Shown here one piece after another: positions 58,601-64,000 of a DNA stretch of 64,000 nucleotides. How positions within the stretch are numbered: position 1 is the stretch's first letter; every line of letters starts with the position of its first letter. The notes beneath the pieces were generated by a model. The model was given only the letters and a program-made list of their open reading frames with translations, did no database searches and was not told where the DNA came from. Source of the DNA: Candidatus Altimarinota bacterium (lineage in GTDB: Bacteria > Patescibacteriota > Gracilibacteria > CAIRYL01); the NCBI GenBank assembly GCA_965250085.1, contig OZ252287.1, positions 224,001 to 288,000 on the forward strand. Reading direction: 5' to 3'. The position numbers and the translations under genes are program-made.

Positions 58601-61600
58601 ATTTCTCACTTTTGGAAATGATGATGGTGCTGCTACATGGACTGCTACTGGCGCACCCACTGACTATGAGATCCTCACGCGACAGTGGAGTGTCCAAGAA
58701 ACAGGCGATGTCGGTACCGTGCAGCTCGATATAGATGTGGCTGATGCTGACTTTGACCTTCCGAGTGTTCTTGATGATTACTATTTTATTTACGACGCTG
58801 ACAATGATGGCGACCTCTCTGATGAAACCCCTGTCGTTATGACCGACCAAGGTGGCAACATCTGGCGGATTACAGGCATTAACTTTGATAGTGGAGAGGA
58901 GTTTACCCTGGCTCGGGCAGAGCCTCTTTCTCCAGGAGGGGTTGCTTCCAACTTACAACTTTGGTTCAAGGCCGATGCAGGAGTAACGGGCACTACAGCC
59001 GTAACCGCCTGGACAGACCAAAGTGGTGCAGGATACGACGCCACGGCTACCCAAGGTCCCGAACTTTCCACCAACAGCATCAACTTTAATCCTGCATTGG
59101 ATTTTGTAAGTGCAGGCAGTGAATATTTACAAATTATCAACGGAATTTTAGGCACATCTACCCACAATGATGCTTGGGTATATACCGTTTCCAAAACAGA
59201 TCTGGATCAGCAGCAAAACATTTTCTTTGAGAATGTTTCCGGAACAAGTGAATATTTTAATCTTATAACGCCTTGGAACAATGAACAGACCTATTTCGAT
59301 TTTGGCAATATTACAGTGGCAGGAAGGATTCAGGTACTCTGGGGGAGTAATTATGGAGATTATAATATGTGGACTTATGGAACTTCTGACGGAACCGCAA
59401 CCCCTAACAGTACCCGTAAGGTCATTCAACGCGATGGAGCCGTTATTGCCTCCAACAACAACAATGATAACGCTACCGGAAATAATTCCAACTTCAACAT
59501 AGGAGGAGGCTATTCAGATGGTGTGGGCACAACCAACAGTTTTGACGGAAAGATAGCTGAAATGATCGTTTATTTAGGTGTGCCTTCTGCATTAGAGCAA
59601 GAGAAAGTGCAAAGTTATTTGGGCGTTAAATACGGTATCACCAAAAATAGTGCCGACAACGGTGGTACTGGCGGAGAAGATGAACGAGATTACTTTGCCA
59701 GCGATGGCACCGTAATCTGGGATTACTCTGCTAACTCCACCTACCACAATGATGTAACCGGTGTCGGTAGAGATGATGACAGCGGTCTCGGTCAAGTCGA
59801 GTCTCGCTCAATCAACGCTGATTCCATCATCCACATTACCGCTGATGGAGAAGGTACCAACGCCGCCAACAGCTTTGTCGATATTGCAGATTTAGAATTT
59901 CTCACTTTTGGAAATGATGATGGTTCAACATCCGTAGCCTCTTCGGAAGTTCCTTCGGGCATCGATGAGCGTCTCGCTCGCGAATGGCTCGCACAGGAAA
60001 CAGGAGATGTCGGGAACATCACCATAGCCTTTGATCTTGATGATCAAACAGCGCTTACAAATACTGGAACCGCTTCGGATTATAGGCTTCTCGTAGATGC
60101 AGACGGCGACTTCTCCAACGCTACTATTTCATCAGCCACCGTAGCGTTTGTGGGGAATGAAATTACTTTTTCTGGAGTTTCTGAGCTGGATGATGGTGAG
60201 TATTTTACCGTCAGCATGGTGAACTCCGCCCCCACCGACCTTCAAATTGACGGTGGAAACACCGATAGTATTGATGAAAACACTTCCTCTGGAACAACCG
60301 TTGGAACCCTAACAACAACTGACGCTGATGGAGGAGACACTCACACATACACCTTTGTTGCTGGTACGGGAGATGAAGACAATGCCAAGTTCACTATCGG
60401 AGGTGCAGGGTCTGACGAAGTGAAGCTTGCCTTCTTGCCTGACTTTGAAACGCCCGTCGACGCCAACACCGACAACACCTACAACCTGCGGATTGAAACT
60501 AGTGACGGAGCCCAAACTTACGCCGAAGCCATCACGATCACAATCAACGACCTTAACGTCGCTCCAACCAACATTGATATTGATGGTGGCAATACTGACT
60601 CACAGTCAGAAGGAACAGCTGCAAACACTGTGATCTCTGCAATCACCTCAACTGATGATGGCGAAGACAATACGGAAAGCTACACATACTCGCTCACTTG
60701 TACCGTAGCTGGAGTTGATGACGCCCACTTTAATATCTTAGGTACTGATCTTCGCAACACAACAGTCTTTGACTTCCTGGTACCAGTTGATGACAATACC
60801 GACAATGACTACGAGATTTGTCTACGAGTTACGGAAACCAATGGAGGTCTCACCTATGATGAAAACTTCACCATCACCGTGACTGACACAAACTCTGCTC
60901 CAACTGATATCCAAATTGATGGAGGGAACACCGACAGTATTGATGAAAACACTTCCTCTGGAACAACAGTTGGAACCTTAACAACAACTGACGCTGATGG
61001 AGGAGATACTCACACATACACTTTTGTTGCTGGTACGGGAGATGAAGACAATGCACTCTTCACTATCGGAGGTGCAGGGTCTGACGAAGTGAAGCTTGCC
61101 TTCGTGCCTGACTTTGAAACTCCAGTGGATGACAATACCGACAATACATACAACCTGCGTATTCAAACGGATGATGGTAATGGTGGCACTTATGTAGAAG
61201 CTATTACTGTGACAGTTAATGACCTTAACACTGCTCCAACCAACATTGATATTGATGGTGGCAATACTGACTCACAGTCAGAAGGAACAGCTGCAAACAC
61301 TGTGATCTCTGCTATTACTTCAACTGATGATGGCGAAGACAATACGGAAAGCTACACATACTCGCTCACTTGTACCGTAGCTGGAGTTGATGACGCCCAC
61401 TTTAATATCTTAGGTACTGATCTTCGCAACACAACAGTCTTTGACTTCCTTATCCCCGTTGATGACAATACCGACAATGACTACGAGATTTGTCTACGAG
61501 TTACGGAAACCAATGGAGGTCTCACCTATGATGAAAACTTCACCATCACCGTGACTGACACAAACTCTGCTCCAACTGATATCCAAATTGATGGAGGGAA

Positions 61601-64000
61601 CACCGACAGTATTGATGAAAACACTTCCTCTGGAACAACAGTTGGAACCTTAACAACAACTGACGCTGATGGAGGAGATACTCACACATACACTTTTGTT
61701 GCTGGTACGGGAGATGAAGACAATGCCAAGTTCACTATCGGAGGTGCAGGGTCTGACGAAGTGAAGCTTGCCTTCGTGCCTGACTTTGAAACTCCAGTGG
61801 ATGACAATACCGACAATACATACAACCTGCGTATTCAAACGGATGATGGTAATGGTGGCACTTATGTAGAAGCTATTACTGTGACAGTTAATGACCTTAA
61901 CACTGCTCCAACCAACATTGATATTGATGGTGGCAATACTGACTCACAGTCAGAAGGAACAGCTGCAAACACTGTGATCTCTGCTATTACTTCAACTGAT
62001 GATGGCGAAGACAATACGGAAAGCTACACATACTCGCTCACTTGTACCGTAGCTGGAGTTGATGACGCCCACTTTAATATCTTAGGTACTGATCTTCGCA
62101 ACACAACAGTCTTTGACTTCCTTATCCCCGTTGATGACAATACCGACAATGACTACGAGATTTGTCTACGAGTTACGGAAACCAATGGAGGTCTCACCTA
62201 TGATGAAAACTTCACCATCACCGTGACTGACACAAACTCTGCTCCAACTGATATCCAAATTGATGGAGGGAACACCGACAGTATTGATGAAAACACTTCC
62301 TCTGGAACAACAGTTGGAACCTTAACAACAACTGACGCTGATGGAGGAGATACTCACACATACACTTTTGTTGCTGGTACGGGAGATGAAGACAATGCCA
62401 AGTTCACTATCGGAGGTGCAGGGTCTGACGAAGTGAAGCTTGCCTTCGTGCCTGACTTTGAAACTCCAGTGGATGACAATACCGACAATACATACAACCT
62501 GCGTATTCAAACGGATGATGGTAATGGTGGCACTTATGTAGAAGCTATTACTGTGACAGTTAATGACCTTAACACTGCTCCAACCAACATTGATATTGAT
62601 GGTGGCAATACTGACTCACAGTCAGAAGGAACAGCTGCAAACACTGTGATCTCTGCTATTACTTCAACTGATGATGGCGAAGACAATACGGAAAGCTACA
62701 CATACTCGCTCACTTGTACCGTAGCTGGAGTTGATGACGCCCACTTTAATATCTTAGGTACTGATCTTCGCAACACAACAGTCTTTGACTTCCTTATCCC
62801 CGTTGATGACAATACCGACAATGACTACGAGATTTGTCTACGAGTTACGGAAACCAATGGAGGTCTCACCTATGATGAAAACTTCACCATCACCGTGACT
62901 GACACAAACTCTGCTCCAACTGATATCCAAATTGATGGAGGGAACACCGACAGTATTGATGAAAACACTTCCTCTGGAACAACAGTTGGAACCTTAACAA
63001 CAACTGACGCTGATGGAGGAGATACTCACACATACACTTTTGTTGCTGGTACGGGAGATGAAGACAATGCCAAGTTCACTATCGGAGGTGCAGGGTCTGA
63101 CGAAGTGAAGCTTGCCTTCGTGCCTGACTTTGAAACTCCAGTGGATGACAATACCGACAATACATACAACCTGCGTATTCAAACGGATGATGGTAATGGT
63201 GGCACTTATGTAGAAGCTATTACTGTGACAGTTAATGACCTTAACACTGCTCCAACCAACATTGATATTGATGGTGGCAATACTGACTCACAGTCAGAAG
63301 GAACAGCTGCAAACACTGTGATCTCTGCAATCACCTCAACTGATGATGGCGAAGACAATACGGAAAGCTACACATACTCGCTCACTTGTACCGTAGCTGG
63401 AGTTGATGACGCCCACTTTAATATCTTAGGTACTGATCTTCGCAACACAACAGTCTTTGACTTCCTGGTACCAGTTGATGACAATACCGACAATGACTAT
63501 GAGATTTGTCTACGAGTTACGGAAACCAATGGAGGTCTCACCTATGATGAAAACTTCACCATCACCGTGACTGACACAAACTCTGCTCCAACTGATATCC
63601 AAATTGATGGAGGGAACACCGACAGTATTGATGAAAACACTTCCTCTGGAACAACAGTTGGAACCTTAACAACAACTGACGCTGATGGAGGAGATACTCA
63701 CACATACACTTTTGTTGCTGGTACGGGAGATGAAGACAATGCACTCTTCACTATCGGAGGTGCAGGGTCTGACGAAGTGAAGCTTGCCTTCGTGCCTGAC
63801 TTTGAAACTCCAGTGGATGACAATACCGACAATACATACAACCTGCGTATTCAAACGGATGATGGTAATGGTGGCACTTATGTAGAAGCTATTACTGTGA
63901 CAGTTAATGACCTTAACACTGCTCCAACCAACATTGATATTGATGGTGGCAATACTGACTCACAGTCAGAAGGAACAGCTGCAAACACTGTGATCTCTGC
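55644..64000 (+). CDS. Giant secreted adhesin (>2780 aa, truncated by the window): acidic N-terminal region, two LamG/ConA-like modules and tandem cadherin-like domains
   Basis: Absent from the ORF track, consistent with no stop in the window. ATG 55644 MNIKNKYSRLF...IPLAYA/QEE; E/D-rich tract; PGAVDTNLELWLKADAG and PGGVASNLQLWFKADAG with KIQSYLALKYGITL; NSAPTD..IDENTSSGTTVGTLTTTDADGGDTHTY...PDFETP (frame checked at 60222). Confidence 0.9.
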   Translation, partial: MNIKNKYSRLFSRTIALIAAFSIIQGEIVAIPLAYAQEEQIIEEQETREELQDTQDFEEEEEEDEEVSEDETTEGSEETSVEEKEGENEDTVEEGEIEIEEEAEVGGEEEDQSEQGNESESENKEVSEENTEDTVNDEEDESEKKENGDDEILEDKTIGDSEEEEVGDEKDGEDESEKNDQSANDEDESEENGEEEEEETDAVSEGNDQSANDEDESEENGEEEDGDDKVSEKTSEEEVESDEETQEDFLGIEGLSGELRILDENKFAFVLTERDVPEHREGQAINQTEVLETLTKALTTSEEVLAEKEADEDKNFITKTFTSDVSDLSEVVTDDPEEIIEEVVAEIVEENQEFTNFFSVQITPKAGGETITLDPAEEYSFVSGSVVLVLEPNLVLDPGTYIITVEVVNPITGETEIITQDLNWGVLAMNTNQDTYLANDTATIDFGMIDETGAVVCDGALDLDITKPDGSTTTLSTASGDIVVSETCGELTNDIPADYTTTYAFTQEGTYTLALDAVNANGAYSDVTFGRLEKTVVVGAASFDAVISRNMNTRLFPGKDADVSITLDFSTDFAGGIYDVAPLEFELKNIGQGGVEDISESGEHKVIVWNVTASAGESITLSYTYNAPDVSPYFYTVGPLQSADGSIVEAQVWQIANDALPAPGAVDTNLELWLKADAGVEEAASDPAEDADAVLNWLDQSGNNNDVTQATTANKPAYAASTINFNPGVDFDGVNDILKGSSALLANTPGFDVYMVTQTDATQTQNYGRAFYAGGTVSNGRINLILGVNNANPRIMRTLGHQGATNIINVENVSAVGIPTLYEGRLDDANNDRLLIVNGTEHDNDAFTTNTNNGTDNFMSLGAEIGEPTFSYEGMITEIIVYNQDNATAADRQKIQSYLALKYGITLDQGTAQDYLASDGTDKIWDKDATGASTYDNDIVGVGRDDDSALGQVQSKSVNDDAIVEVLAESEGTNAANSFVDIADLEFLTFGNDDGAATWTATGAPTDYEILTRQWSVQETGDVGTVQLDIDVADADFDLPSVLDDYYFIYDADNDGDLSDETPVVMTDQGGNIWRITGINFDSGEEFTLARAEPLSPGGVASNLQLWFKADAGVTGTTAVTAWTDQSGAGYDATATQGPELSTNSINFNPALDFVSAGSEYLQIINGILGTSTHNDAWVYTVSKTDLDQQQNIFFENVSGTSEYFNLITPWNNEQTYFDFGNITVAGRIQVLWGSNYGDYNMWTYGTSDGTATPNSTRKVIQRDGAVIASNNNNDNATGNNSNFNIGGGYSDGVGTTNSFDGKIAEMIVYLGVPSALEQEKVQSYLGVKYGITKNSADNGGTGGEDERDYFASDGTVIWDYSANSTYHNDVTGVGRDDDSGLGQVESRSINADSIIHITADGEGTNAANSFVDIADLEFLTFGNDDGSTSVASSEVPSGIDERLAREWLAQETGDVGNITIAFDLDDQTALTNTGTASDYRLLVDADGDFSNATISSATVAFVGNEITFSGVSELDDGEYFTVSMVNSAPTDLQIDGGNTDSIDENTSSGTTVGTLTTTDADGGDTHTYTFVAGTGDEDNAKFTIGGAGSDEVKLAFLPDFETPVDANTDNTYNLRIETSDGAQTYAEAITITINDLNVAPTNIDIDGGNTDSQSEGTAANTVISAITSTDDGEDNTESYTYSLTCTVAGVDDAHFNILGTDLRNTTVFDFLVPVDDNTDNDYEICLRVTETNGGLTYDENFTITVTDTNSAPTDIQIDGGNTDSIDENTSSGTTVGTLTTTDADGGDTHTYTFVAGTGDEDNALFTIGGAGSDEVKLAFVPDFETPVDDNTDNTYNLRIQTDDGNGGTYVEAITVTVNDLNTAPTNIDIDGGNTDSQSEGTAANTVISAITSTDDGEDNTESYTYSLTCTVAGVDDAHFNILGTDLRNTTVFDFLIPVDDNTDNDYEICLRVTETNGGLTYDENFTITVTDTNSAPTDIQIDGGNTDSIDENTSSGTTVGTLTTTDADGGDTHTYTFVAGTGDEDNAKFTIGGAGSDEVKLAFVPDFETPVDDNTDNTYNLRIQTDDGNGGTYVEAITVTVNDLNTAPTNIDIDGGNTDSQSEGTAANTVISAITSTDDGEDNTESYTYSLTCTVAGVDDAHFNILGTDLRNTTVFDFLIPVDDNTDNDYEICLRVTETNGGLTYDENFTITVTDTNSAPTDIQIDGGNTDSIDENTSSGTTVGTLTTTDADGGDTHTYTFVAGTGDEDNAKFTIGGAGSDEVKLAFVPDFETPVDDNTDNTYNLRIQTDDGNGGTYVEAITVTVNDLNTAPTNIDIDGGNTDSQSEGTAANTVISAITSTDDGEDNTESYTYSLTCTVAGVDDAHFNILGTDLRNTTVFDFLIPVDDNTDNDYEICLRVTETNGGLTYDENFTITVTDTNSAPTDIQIDGGNTDSIDENTSSGTTVGTLTTTDADGGDTHTYTFVAGTGDEDNAKFTIGGAGSDEVKLAFVPDFETPVDDNTDNTYNLRIQTDDGNGGTYVEAITVTVNDLNTAPTNIDIDGGNTDSQSEGTAANTVISAITSTDDGEDNTESYTYSLTCTVAGVDDAHFNILGTDLRNTTVFDFLVPVDDNTDNDYEICLRVTETNGGLTYDENFTITVTDTNSAPTDIQIDGGNTDSIDENTSSGTTVGTLTTTDADGGDTHTYTFVAGTGDEDNALFTIGGAGSDEVKLAFVPDFETPVDDNTDNTYNLRIQTDDGNGGTYVEAITVTVNDLNTAPTNIDIDGGNTDSQSEGTAANTVIS
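60222..64000 (+). repeat. 672-bp tandem repeat (two cadherin-like domains per unit, about 5.6 units in the window)
   Basis: Units start at about 60222, 60891, 61563, 62235, 62907 and 63579; near-identical antisense ORFs recur at a 672-bp period. Confidence 0.97.

Noticed and set aside
60309-63854. Repeated 60-68-aa minus-strand ORFs
   Set aside because: Antisense by-products of the 672-bp coding repeat.
1-64000. Alternative genetic code 25 (TGA read as Gly) as in Gracilibacteria/Absconditabacteria
   Set aside because: Conserved genes are full length in code 11, and TGA terminates pth, rnhB, der and the GIY-YIG gene at plausible ends.

Overview
Bacterial chromosomal DNA read in genetic code 11. 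It most resembles a Patescibacteria/CPR genome (Peregrinibacteria-like). This is inferred from SLH proteins with the 'CFPDV..EWFA.Y.C.AK' signature, leaders without Shine-Dalgarno motifs and a compact r-protein cluster. Core genes: an aroA-aroK fusion (cut by the left edge), folE, trhO-like rhodanese, jag, obgE, pth, dus, csp, infA-rpmJ-rpsM-rpsK-rpsD-rpoA-rplQ-rplM-rpsI, an LCP protein, rnhB, rpsU, der, ppsA, tRNA-Asn(GTT) and tRNA-Gly(GCC). Accessory content: (i) a TPR gene built from near-identical 102-bp units; (ii) a patchwork block at about 11.7-22.4 kb with a fused restriction-modification enzyme, Fic and GNAT remnants, rimK, SulP, a CPA1 antiporter, ilvE and an RraA-family gene; (iii) two SLH proteins; (iv) a GIY-YIG nuclease between a degenerate tRNA-Gly copy, whose anticodon is replaced by a perfect palindrome, and the intact tRNA-Gly; (v) a decayed serine-recombinase island; (vi) a three-gene cohesin/dockerin cluster that looks like a hierarchical surface scaffold; (vii) an adhesin of more than 2780 aa with 672-bp cadherin-like tandem repeats running off the right edge. 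Dispersed REP-like palindromes recur through the window, including in-frame inside aroA. All protein family calls come from motif recognition by eye; no database searches were run.
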